A stretch of 64,000 nt of DNA, taken from NCBI GenBank assembly GCA_019828565.1, contig JAHDYR010000015.1, positions 485,605-549,604 of the forward strand. Direction: 5' to 3'. The notes under the pieces were generated by a model. That model worked only from the letters and a program-made list of their open reading frames with translations, was not told the origin of the DNA and searched no databases. Positions 37,031 to 47,772 of this stretch are shown here, piece by piece. The translations under genes and the position numbers were made by a program. The stretch is from Carpediemonas membranifera BICM. Taxonomy: Eukaryota; Protista; Fornicata. The number at the start of each line of letters is the position of its first letter. Within the stretch, counting starts at the first letter, position 1.

Positions 37031-40000
37031 CTATTCCACCTTGAAGCTGTTGTAAGCCTTTGCCAGTTCCCGTAGTCCTGCCGTGAGGCCTTCCCAAATG
37101 TCCTCCGAGCCCCATATTATTAGTTGCTGTAATTCTAGGATGGGTCTTTCCTGGTACCATTCGCCCTGGGGGCCCTGCCTTACTTCCAAGTCCTTAGTTT
37201 TGTGCTTCGCTGCTGTCCACAGCTTTGTCCAAGCTTCTCCCCTGTCTACTGCCGGGCATTCACAGATTATGTGCGCTGCCGATCCTAGCCTCTGGCCCTC
37301 TGCCCACTCCCTGATCATTTCCTGCTTCCTTGCTGGTCCTGGCTTTTCCCTAATGATCCTGTAGAACAGGCTCACCTCCGACTCCTCCGAGCATAGGGGG
37401 CATAGTCTGCTAATTTCTCTCTTCAGGTCAGCGCCTTGGGCCAGCTCTGTGATGGCTCTCATAGGGCCCTCCCCTCTCTCTGCCGACGATGGGGATGGGC
37501 TGACATTGGCTGCAATGGATACAATTCTCTTCCATTCCGCCCTGCTTTGCCCCTTCCCAGCCTTTCGGTCTACCGTAGGCTTACCTTGCAGACACTTGCT
37601 TAATTTCCTTGTCCCCATGATTTCCATTAGTCCTAGTGCCGTACGGCTTTTGCACCGCTTCATCCACCCCCTCCTGATCGTTTCCATGCCATAATCCAGT
37701 AGCGCTGGTTTAGGGGCTCCCTCTCTGGTGCCCTCCAGTAGATGCTGCACTCTCTCCCTAGCTTCCCACATAACCGTGCCCCGCCCCCATTCTCTGTTTC
37801 TGACTGGTATATCCTGGTCCCTGTAGTTGACTATCCTTTTGACTGCCAGCCATTCCATGTGTGCCTGGAGGTCCACCCATCCATTCATCAGCCTCATGGC
37901 TGCGCCCCCTCCCGGTCCTGTTCCTGCCATGATTCCCTGCCAGTCATTCCAGATCCTTCTACCTCCCGGTGCGTTCCCCCACACCTCGACTCCGAAGAGG
38001 ATCCTGGGCCATATATATATTTCCAGTAGTAGCCTGCTCGCTAGTGCTGGCATGTTTGCCCTGGTCCACCCTGCCCATCTCACCAGTCTCTTGTACCTTT
38101 CGCTCTGCTCCTGTTTCCGCCTTATGCAGGCCGACATAGGGTCCTTCCCACTTGCGATCCATAATCCCAGGTATCTCGCCTCCTTCTCTGGCAGTAGTGT
38201 TACCCCCTCGATCCTGACTAGGGCTGTTCTGTCCACGCTAATCATTACATTCTTCTGGGCGTTCACCCTCATTTCATGCTCTCTGATTATGTCCACCATT
38301 ATGTTGGCGACCATCTGGCTATGCTCCGGTTTGCTCCCTGTGACCGCAGTGTCATCCACAAACATGGTAAGTGCTGCCGGTAGTCGGTCGCTGAGGTGGC
38401 TCGTGGTCCTTGGCGGTTCTCTGATGTCGTACCGTTCTCCCTTGATTTTCTTTCTGGCCAGGTGGGGCCAGTTAGCCATGAACAGCACAAACAGTGTCGG
38501 TGCCAGGACGCACCCTTGCTTAACTCCCCTGTTGGTTCTTTCCCATGCCTTTGCCCCCTTGACTGATATCCAGGTTTCCTTTATTGTGCCTTGAATTGCC
38601 CTGATCAAGTGCTCCTCCACCCCCATACCCTGTAGCTTATCCATGAGAATGTCCCTTGGTACCGTGTCATATGCCTTCTCGATGTCCAGAAAGATTGACG
38701 TGGTCTCACCCCCTCCTGGTGCCGCTGCACAATGTACTGTATCTGCTGGATGACGTCCCTGTCTGACTGGAAACCAGCCTGTTCTCTTGGTATGAACCTT
38801 TTCGTTGCTGCTTCCAGACGTATCTTGAGCAATCTACCATAGACCCTGTACAGCAGTGGTGTCAAGGATATTGGTCTATATGATTCCGGCTTGACCCTTG
38901 GCTTCCCTGTCTTGTGTATGGCCGACACTGTGGCATACTTCCATGCTTTGGGTACGTCGCCCTCCCTGTAGACCCTGTTGATGAGCCTCGTCACTTCCCT
39001 AAGGCCTTTCTCATCCAGCTCTCTCAGCATGTCTCCAGATGTGAGGTCAGGCCCTGGTGCGGTGTCCCTCCTGATCCTTTTGATTGCGGCTTTGACCTCG
39101 CTTTCCTTGAACTCATTTCCGTCCCTGCCCCTCCATGTCTTCCAGGTGGGTTCCCTGCCTCTGCTGACTCTAGCATACTGTTGCAAGAGGATCTCGCTGA
39201 TGGCCGCCTTGTCCGTGGTTATCACTCCGTCCTTGAGGAGGCTCTCCGGCATTCCCTTGTATTGGTTGTCACACCACCACCTTCTGATGGCAGCTTCCAC
39301 TGAGGCCCTTGAGGCCCTATACCCCCTTTTTGCACTTCTGCTGATGTCGGCCACCCATTTGGCCCTGCGCTCTCCCCAGTATTTCTCCAGCTCCTCTTTC
39401 ATCCTTTCCTTCCTGGTCCTGTTGCCTATTTCTGTCCATGGGGTTCGCTGGAGTTCGCTCCACACTCCGTTCCCGAACACTTTGTCCCTTGCCTTTGCTC
39501 CCCTGTTGTTCACTGGGTCGCCCATGCATGCTCTTATAGTCTCTTCCCATTGGTCCGAGCTCTTGATCCTGTTCAGCTTTGAGACTGTGACTGGCCCCTC
39601 CTTCTTTTTCATGGGCCAGGTGTGCACCTCGGGTATGGCCAGAGCCACGTCTCGCTCACTTCTGCCATAGTACCGTTGTTCCTTCCATGCTAGTGTGATT
39701 CCATTGTGTGCTGAGCCCCATACCCCGACCTTCTGAGACTCTACCACCTCAATCTCCGCCCCCTGGATTCCTGGTGTTGTCACTGCAAAGTCCGGGGTTG
39801 ATGTTCCTGATGTGAGCGTCCCAGATTTGGGTATGATGGCTTTGAGCCTGTGCTTCTCCATCATATCCTTCCACCGGGTGGATCTTTCCATCTGGCCTGG
39901 GTCGATGTTCCAGTCTCCCATAATTATGGCCTCCATGCTCCCTTTCATGTCCATGATCTTCTGTATAGTGTCCCTGAATCCATCCTTCTCCTGCTTGCTG

Positions 40001-40473
40001 TGGCCGGATGGAGGGCCATACACGTTGATGACTAGTATGTCCCTGCCGGTTCTCATTATGCTGGCTTGCACTCTTCCCGATAGGCTGTCCGTTATGCCGA
40101 TGTCCCACTTTGCAGTTGCGTGTGGGCTCACTATCGTGCCGATGCCTTCCCTTGTTCCCTTCCATCTTGGCGCAGGTTCGTCATTGCCTGCTATGCCTAG
40201 TTGTCGGTTGATGCGGTGCTGACTTTTGACATCCGCCTTTCGTTTTTCGTTGGCTAAGACCAGGTCCTCTTCCGTCTCCCTCCCTGCTAGTGCGTAGTCA
40301 AGGTCCATGAAGCAATGAACCCTCGTATTCGCCGTTCTCCATGTCTCTTGTATGAGTACTGCCTCTATGTCCTTCAACCTTAGCTGAATCGCCGTTGCCA
40401 TAGACGCCGTGAAGTCCTTTCCTCTTCCTATGTGTCCCTCTGTGTTCAGACTAAGTATCTTGTAGGTTACCAT
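37031..40473 (-). CDS. LINE1-B ORF2 APE-RT (single frameshift near 38710)
   Basis: ORFs 38605-40473 and 37031-38644. Same motifs as copy A. Confidence 0.92.
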
Positions 40474-40805
40474 TGCCTTTGTCCTGTTTCCTTATCCTGC
40501 GAATTCCCAGAATTTGGGAGCCCCAGCTTCCCGCTCCTCTCCTGCTATCCTTGTCCTAACAAGGGGCCTAGATGCCGGTCTCGGTGACCCTTGTCAGGCC
40601 AACCTTGTTACCACCTGGTGACCTTCCATTCTTCGGGCAGGGTACTTAGGAGGGGGACGATATGACGTGACCCCCCTTTGGCTGCCGCTACAGCCTACCG
40701 GCAGTGCATTTCAGCTAATGCCGGGCCCTGGGTGGGAGCCAGGGCTTGTGAATTATAATAGAAAATGTTGCTTGTTCCTTGAAAGAATACTGCTTTACCA
40801 TGTCC

Positions 40806-43800
40806 TTACTCCTCCTCCGTGGACTCCCCACTGCCGCTGCAGCTGTCCTCGGCCTGACTCACTTGCTGTCCTTGTAGACTCTGCATTACCGTGATGAACT
40901 GGGTCATCAGGTCCATGGGTGAGATCTGCTTGGCCTTCTTAGCCTTCTTGTGCTTGTGCCGGGGGATCGTGGGCTTCTCCTTGCTGGGCTTAGTCGCGAC
41001 GCCGGAGAGCACCAACCTTCCGTGGCCTTGCTCTTGCATGAGTCGGGCAGCCTTGAGCGCTGAGATCTCTTGTTGCGCCTCTGCCAACTGCTTTCGGAGC
41101 CGCAGCTTCTCCGAGTCCATGCCGGTTGCCTGTCTGCTTCCAGACTCCCAGTCCATGTCCTCTTCGTGCCTGCTTCTCTTTCCGCTGTCCGAGTCCATGA
41201 TCCTACTCGTGCTGCCCTCCTTGCGCTTGAGCGTCGTGGAGGAAGAGTGATCCTTGCTGTTGTCCATGCCTCCCTCTGAGCCTCTACCGGCCCAGGTGTT
41301 CCCGCTGAACGAGCCTCTCATCTGCGTTCCCGTGTTGTCCTGTCTCTCCCTGTCGTCTCCTCCGTGGTTACGATCCGAGGTCCTGTTCATGTTACCAGCT
41401 CTGTCGCCGGTTCTGTCGTCAGCTCTGACACCAGCTCTACCGCCGGCTCCGTGTCCTACCCTTCTGTCCTCTTCCCCGTCTCCATGCTGGTCGTGATGTC
41501 CTTGATCCGCGTCCTGGCCGAAGTGCCTGCCCACCATCCTGGTGCTAATCCGCCTCGCCTTTTCCTCCAGGCCGTTGTCGAAGAACCTACTTTGGTATGG
41601 CTGTTCGGACTTTCCGTCGATGGTGGGGACATACGTGATGCCTGGGACATTGACTGTGTTGGCTCTGGGCTCGTCCGGGATAGCTGCCGAGACTAGTCTG
41701 GCCCCTTCCTTGCGCATGCGGCTTAGGATGGTCCCAGCCTCGCTGACCCTGACCATGCCCCAGTCTCTCGGGATGAAGCTCGCCCCTAGGGTGATCCTAC
41801 CCCTGTTCCTGGGGGCCTTGACGTTGACTATGACCTTCTCATAGTCCCTGAGGCTCTCTGCTAGGTCGTCGCAGCCCCAGACTCCTTGATGAGCCGTAGC
41901 CTCCTTCGAGGGCCACCACTCGTATAGCATGGCCATGGTTATGATGTCCTCCTCCCTTGCTGCCCCTAGGCCCTTCCTGACGCGTACCATGCGGAGCTGG
42001 TTAGCCGTGGCTCTTCCATGATGGTCCATAGCGGGCTTCTCTCCAGTACACCTTCGTTGTCCATGATTGTGAGGGGGGGCAGTAAGATGCCCTTCATGCC
42101 CAACAGAACCTCCCCGAACCCGAAGCCGATGCCGAAGCGGTGTCCGTTGTCCGGGACTACGAGGATCCTGTCGCCGACTTCCCTGCTGACGTCCCTTGCG
42201 TCCCCGATCGGGTACGTGCCGAAGATCTCAAAGGTGTCCCTCCTTGTCGCGAATTCCGGGCCTCCCATGATATCCATGCCCGGCTCCGCCTTCCCGACTG
42301 CTTCCATGGTCTTGTCGAGTGCCTTACCCATGTAGTGGTAGACGTCTGGGGTGCTCATCCTCTCCTTGCATAGGGCCCTGATCCTGGCTGTGAAGACTAC
42401 TGTATCCGCCAACCCACAGTGGTAGCAACCCGCGGTGTGTCTGTGGTACGGACAGACTCCCTTGGGCTCGCTCCTGTTCTGCCATCCATTTGACCATGTT
42501 GTTACTGCTTCCAGGTAGTTGGCCTTGTCGAGGTTGTCCCTGAGGTTTTGGCCAGCCTCCTCCTTGCCGTTTTTCTCCAGGATCTCTGGTAGCTTCTTCT
42601 CGTCCACCAGCCTAGCTTGGAAGAATTCCCTGGTTCCTTGCTCCAGTCCATTTGTGGGGTTCGTGAGGAGGAAGCTTTCCATCTCCACCCCCTTTGCATA
42701 CATGATTATCTTCCAACCCTCCGACCTTTCGATCCTTGCCAGCTGAGCCGCCAGGCGGTTGGCCCAGTCCCTGAAAGTATGTATGTGCTTCTCATACTCG
42801 ATCGGCGGCCGCCCCGTCCCGACCTCCACGAAGGTGGCCGGCGGCAGCCCCGTCACTGCCCATGCCGTGTACCTCGCTTGGTCCATGCTTGCTGCCGGTA
42901 TGTCCTGGTAATACAGGCCATGCCCGTGTCCAAGAATGTCCCCAGTGCTGAGGTCAAAGAGTACGATCCCGCCCTCAACCGGGATGGCAGGGATCCCTGC
43001 CTTCTTGACGCCAGGGTCTGCGCACTCGAAGTCGATGGCTCCGATCACCAGTCGTTTCTCCTTGTCCTTTCTAGGCATCCTCGGCGGCTGGCTGCTGACC
43101 TTGTTTGAGTCGACCTCCTCGTCCTGGTCGATCTTGCCTTGGTTGGCCCCGACCATGTCCTTGTTCACTTCCAGGAGGCTGTCGTCGAGGCTTCTTCTGC
43201 CGGGCATGGTGGCCTGCTGGCGTCGTTCCTCCTTGTCCTTGACATGTTGCTCCTCGTCTCCGTCGATGACCGTGCTAGCGGACGACCTGTCCAGATCGGC
43301 ATGTTCGTCCCTATTGCTGCGGACCGAGGTGGCCTTGAGCACTTCCAGCCTCACCTTCCGGAACGGCGGCTCGTTGCTAAGGGGGTCTCCTCCCCTTCGC
43401 CCAGGATATTGGTTCTGCCCTTCAGGTAGATCCCTGACTTGTTCCATGCTGCCTGCCATATGGCCGGGGCCTCCGGTGTCTGAAGCCTGAGGATGTCCCT
43501 AGCCTCCTCCATGAAGCGGCTGATGGACCATGCTGACGTGTCGCTTAGCTCTAGGATGACCCTGTACTTGCCGTCCTCTTGCTCGTAGGCCACTCTGGTG
43601 ACCGGGCCTTGGTTTGCCGGATCCCATACCTTGTCGTAAGGCACGCCTTCTACGGCCTCGTCTCCATGAGCCCCTGATACCAGTATGAACGACCCTTCGG
43701 CCTTCTTGACGCTGTCCCTGTCTACATCCCATTCGATGGGCCCATCTTCCTTCGGCTTGAGGATCGCCGTCTCGATGTCCTTCTCAGATGGCCATCTTGC

Positions 43801-44306
43801 CATGCCAGTGAAGCCCGCTTTCAGCGTCTTGGGCTCCAGTGCCTGTGCCATGTCCTTTGCTTCCTCGTCTCTGGGGTTGAGCGCCTCTGTGAGCATGTAG
43901 AAGAGGTCGCGGAGGCCGTGGATGCCGCATGGGTTCCTGAGGATGATGTCCTTGTTGTCAGTGACGCCGGTTGCGAAGAGGATGCGTCTGGCGTTCATGA
44001 TTACTTCCTTGCGTCCTTTGGAGTTCGCATTGAGCGACTTTCCTGTAAACTTGCCTGTTCTACGAAGAAGTAGAGTCCTTGAATCGTTCCTTTCAGCGAG
44101 GAAGCTGTCCAGTAGTTCCCTGATGTCCTCCCACTGCTTCTGCGTGGAATCCCTGATCCTTGTCGGTATTTCTACCTGCATTGTTGAGTGCAAAATTTCT
44201 CCCCTTTCCTAGTCCATAAACTGGGTCGGAATTTTTGGGTCCGAAAGTCGGGCCACATGTACATATCCGGGTGAGGTCTCCGTCCAGGCCTTCCAGTTTC
44301 TCCCAT
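40806..44306 (-). CDS. LINE1-B ORF1 with a DEDDh/Maelstrom-like domain (domain unbroken at ~42390-43060)
   Basis: ORF 41966-43459 holds IDFE..PVE..YAKG..CPYH..HCGLAD in one frame. Confidence 0.8.
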
Positions 44307-44783
44307 TGTCCATGCTCCGTACTATATAGGCCATTCTTTCAAAAAGGCGCGGTCCTAAAAATGCGTCGCCCTTTTCTGAGTAACGGGGCCTTTCTGTGTA
44401 GTTGTTGTTGCTTTGTTCGTAGTCTCCTTTTTAGCCTCTATCGACGGCCCCTGTTTCCCTTTTGTGCTGCCCTTCCTTCCTTGTGGTCTTGACAAAACCA
44501 TGTAGCCGCCGGTGCTAGCACTGGCCCTCGACGGTTGTTTTCCTTTTCCTTGTAAACATACGTTCCATGAAGACACTTTGATTCCTTGGTATGGGCGTGG
44601 AGCTCCCACTCGCGCCCAGCGGTATGCCCTGATAGCAACCCTTGAATGTTCAGACAGGAGGCCAAGGCCGCTCCTTCTGAGCTCCATGGGGCACTGCCCT
44701 ATCCATATAGGCCAGGCCTGTTGGTCCTTGTCCATCCATGATCGAAGTGTTTCCACTTTGCTGAAATCATTGGTGAACTTCAA

Positions 44784-44931
44784 ATCAAAACGTGGAATAC
44801 TAGTATTGTGGTTCGTTTGACGAACTATGTTTACAAGAGGAGAAGACTCGACACAATGGTGTCGAGGAGAAACTCCTTGACTAACTAATATCATATATAA
44901 ATCTGTGTAATCTTGGGTGAGACCCATGACA
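44784..44931 (-). repeat. G2 5' LTR (44807-44931) plus leader up to the gag start
   Basis: Identical to 32633-32780. Flanked by CCCCC, matching 15398-15402. Confidence 0.92.
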
Positions 44932-44935
44932 CCCC

Positions 44936-45210
44936 CGCTGAACAGGCTTCGTCGTGTCCGAGTCCACCAATGCTGCAGACAAGCTCGCTCATGGTTCGCC
45001 ATTCGCAGCCACATGGAGGCAAGGCACCAATTCCATGCCACGGCGGCGGTGGTGCGCCTCTTCCAGGAGCTCGTTGACGAGATGTGGCAGTACGTCAACG
45101 ATTATACGGCTTTGGCATGGGACGAAGAGTCTGGGGTGATGGTTTGCGAGTTGGCAGACATGGGTGAGGAGCTTGTTTGCTGCATTTGCGGTCATGCACG
45201 CGCTGAGTAG
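44936..45210 (+). CDS. Probable C-terminus of the DNA transposase
   Basis: In frame with 13146-15402 if the TSD is 4 bp in a C6 run (SVP|PLNRLRR...CCICGH), giving ~843 aa in total. Confidence 0.6.
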
Positions 45211-45333
45211 TGAGTAAAGGAGTTTTATTGGTCAGTACATCCCATTTGGTGTGTTTCCCCCAACTACCAATTTTTTTTTCAACATTGGTAGTTTCACAAT
45301 TTTCACATTACGTCACTTGTTTGGTGAAAAACA

Positions 45334-46258
45334 ATGGAAACGCCACTTCCGACATGGCTGACGATGAATTTATCGCAACACAAGGCCTATATTCAATATG
45401 TCAAGCTTTCAGACAAGTCTGAGCTCTTGCCGTCTGTCAGGGCCTTCTTCAACAGAGATCTGGCGACTTCGAACCTCGACTGTCTGAACTACTCATTCGT
45501 CATGTATGTCAGACCCACTACACTTCTTGTTAACACAGTCTCATCGCAATTCGTGGGGTTGAGATGGACAACATCAAGGCTGCATGCCTTCTCTTCCGCG
45601 AGTCGTACAGGGAGGGGCAGACCCTGAGCGGACAACTGCACCAGGAGCGGTTTGTCATCGGCTTACGGACAGCCGTCTCCTGCAGAGGTCTTGGGTTCGC
45701 GAGGGTGCTTCTTAGCATAGCATCTGCCGAAGAACTCGTCCGACTGCAGTGCGACAAGCGACTCCAGGACATGTATGCGTCCTTTGGCCTCAAGGAGTCA
45801 TCGGACCCGTCGCAGGTCGAGCAGCTGGTGGACACGGGGGCAACCCACTTGCCATTGTCACGATGGAGGGCACGATGGGTCCCAACAAGTGGACCAACCT
45901 CGGCAAGAGCCTGACAGAGTGCTGTGGGATGATAATGCAAGGCTCTACGTTGATCCGCGTGACCAACCATGGTAATAGACTTGATCAGCACGCTCATGGG
46001 ATGCCTGCTTCCGACAAGAGGAGTGTTGACTCGTTCGTGGAACGCACCCGTGTGTCCGTGCGCCGTGAACGTGCGGCAAAACAGCCTAACGTCACCCGCA
46101 TCAGGCAGAAGTTGATGATTATCCGCCATTACAACCTTCGTTCTTTCACGCTGGTCAAAGAGATCAAGGAAACGAGGACCGAGATGCGTAAGGAGAAGAA
46201 AGCCAACTTCTGGGACAGTGAATGGAATATTTCCGTTGAGGATGACGAAGAAGTGTAA
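45334..46258 (+). CDS. Transposon cargo gene, unknown function (~295 aa; intron 45504-45538, frameshift near 45838)
   Basis: Removing GTATGT..TAACACAG joins ORF 45334 to ORF 45564 in frame. A G-run shift joins it to ORF 45749-46258. Confidence 0.6.
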
Positions 46259-46282
46259 ATGAAATGAAAATAAAACAAGAAT

Positions 46283-47044
46283 TTATAGCTCCTGTGCCGA
46301 ACACTCTAAGTAGTAATTCATGATGGCTTGGTATACCTTGCGACGCAGCACATCACGCGATTCTGCCTCAGCACGTTCCGCATTCCGCTTGGCAATGACA
46401 GAAGTGAGCTGACTGAGTGTCTTAGCCTCCTTCTTCAGAACTCTGGTGGGTCTGGCGAAGATGAGATCCGCGTCGCGGTCACGGCAAGGCTTGCTCAGGA
46501 CGAGCTTGACGTCATCGACCGTCACACCGCACGATGAAGCAGCGAAGGCATGGACCTTAGCCCGGTAGGCGATGGGAATGCGGTGAAAGGCATCATCCAT
46601 CTCGCGGACAGTCGCGATGAGTGGGTCGTCCGTGTCCAGCTCATCTGTCTGGGCGTCAAGACTGAGGAGAGCCTTGAAGCGGTGACGCTTGTCCTCATCA
46701 CCGCCTCCCTGCCACTTGCGGCTGATCTCTTCGACCGACTGGAGATTGCCGTAGAGCTTGTCCTTCTTCAAGGAGGCTACTTTCATTTTAGGGACCTCGG
46801 CGGCAAACTTCTGGCTGAAGTCGACAACCCATCCGTTTGCGCGGGTAATATCGTCATTATTAAGGAGGAAATTGCTGATAAAGGTCTGAACGATCTCGAT
46901 GGGCGTCTTGTGAGCTTTTCGGGCTGTTTTCGTGGACTTGTTGGACTTGCTCTGGCTCTTTTGCTGCGCTTTCTTGCCAAGAGCCATTCTCCTCTCCTTT
47001 TGAGCTTCAGTGGCCTGTATATTGCCTTGTTTACTTCTTGCCAT
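46283..47044 (-). CDS. Cargo protein (253 aa) with a histone H3-like basic N-terminus
   Basis: Intact ORF starting MARSKQ and containing KSTKTARKA. Confidence 0.7.
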   Translation of the reverse strand: MARSKQGNIQATEAQKERRMALGKKAQQKSQSKSNKSTKTARKAHKTPIEIVQTFISNFLLNNDDITRANGWVVDFSQKFAAEVPKMKVASLKKDKLYGNLQSVEEISRKWQGGGDEDKRHRFKALLSLDAQTDELDTDDPLIATVREMDDAFHRIPIAYRAKVHAFAASSCGVTVDDVKLVLSKPCRDRDADLIFARPTRVLKKEAKTLSQLTSVIAKRNAERAEAESRDVLRRKVYQAIMNYYLECSAQEL

Positions 47045-47461
47045 CGTTGTTTCCTTAAAATGCGTGTGAAAATGTGAAATGAACTGTGACTCTCGACATT
47101 GCTGCGCAGCTATGGTATTCCAACGGCACAGAACGGGTTTATAGCATGCATATGATCCATTCTGGTGCCTTTATCCTCTATAACCAACATCAGTCCATCA
47201 AAAATGAATCTTGCAACAGAATACTCATCCACACGCATCGAGAACGAAAAAGAAGCATATAACCAACATCAACAACCTAATAGAAGGCTGCATGCAAGCG
47301 TAGAGCTCTCCTAGTCAATTCTTCATTTTCACCACCATCGATCTCCACGTCAGGATGAAACCGTGCGCCCAAAAGCTCAGAGATGCCGTTATAGATGATA
47401 TAACGACGTCTCTGAGCTTTTCAGCGATTTCAGTTTCTGGCCATGGATAAGCTACAAATCC

Positions 47462-47526
47462 TGTCAATGTTGTCCTCAGAGGACACTGAAAAATTTAATC
47501 TGTGTCCTCTGAGGACCAAATTGACA
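47462..47526. promoter_or_regulatory. Inverted repeat in the divergent intergenic region, with a third partial copy at 47705-47728
   Basis: TGTCAAT..GTCCTCAGAGGACAC / GTGTCCTCTGAGGAC..ATTGACA. Confidence 0.5.
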
Positions 47527-47772
47527 AAATCGAAAATGGAGCGATGAGATGCCCATCGAAAAACGGCCAAAAACAGCGCAGGTGCAGAATGAGCTGAAAA
47601 TCGGCCAAGGGGGTAGCTCTTGGGTCTTTATGGCTGATCGGAGGTATTTACATGACAGCTGGCAATATTTATTGAGATAAAACGTATTTCATTTTTTCGA
47701 GAAAGTCTTCTGAGGACCAAATTGACAATGGTTAACGAAGACATCATCTCTCTCGGCAAACTGAAGGAGACA

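Larger units (their letters stand above)
36120..44779 (-). mobile_element. Non-LTR family 1, copy B (full length, no TSD)
   Basis: Nearly identical to copy A by eye. Tail from 36120. The 5' end abuts the G2 leader and the 3' end abuts unrelated sequence. Confidence 0.95.

Noticed and set aside
15403-44931. 125-bp hairpin repeat as a CRISPR repeat or ncRNA
   Set aside because: It is dispersed with no spacers. TG..CA ends, a PPT and its position next to gag identify it as an LTR.
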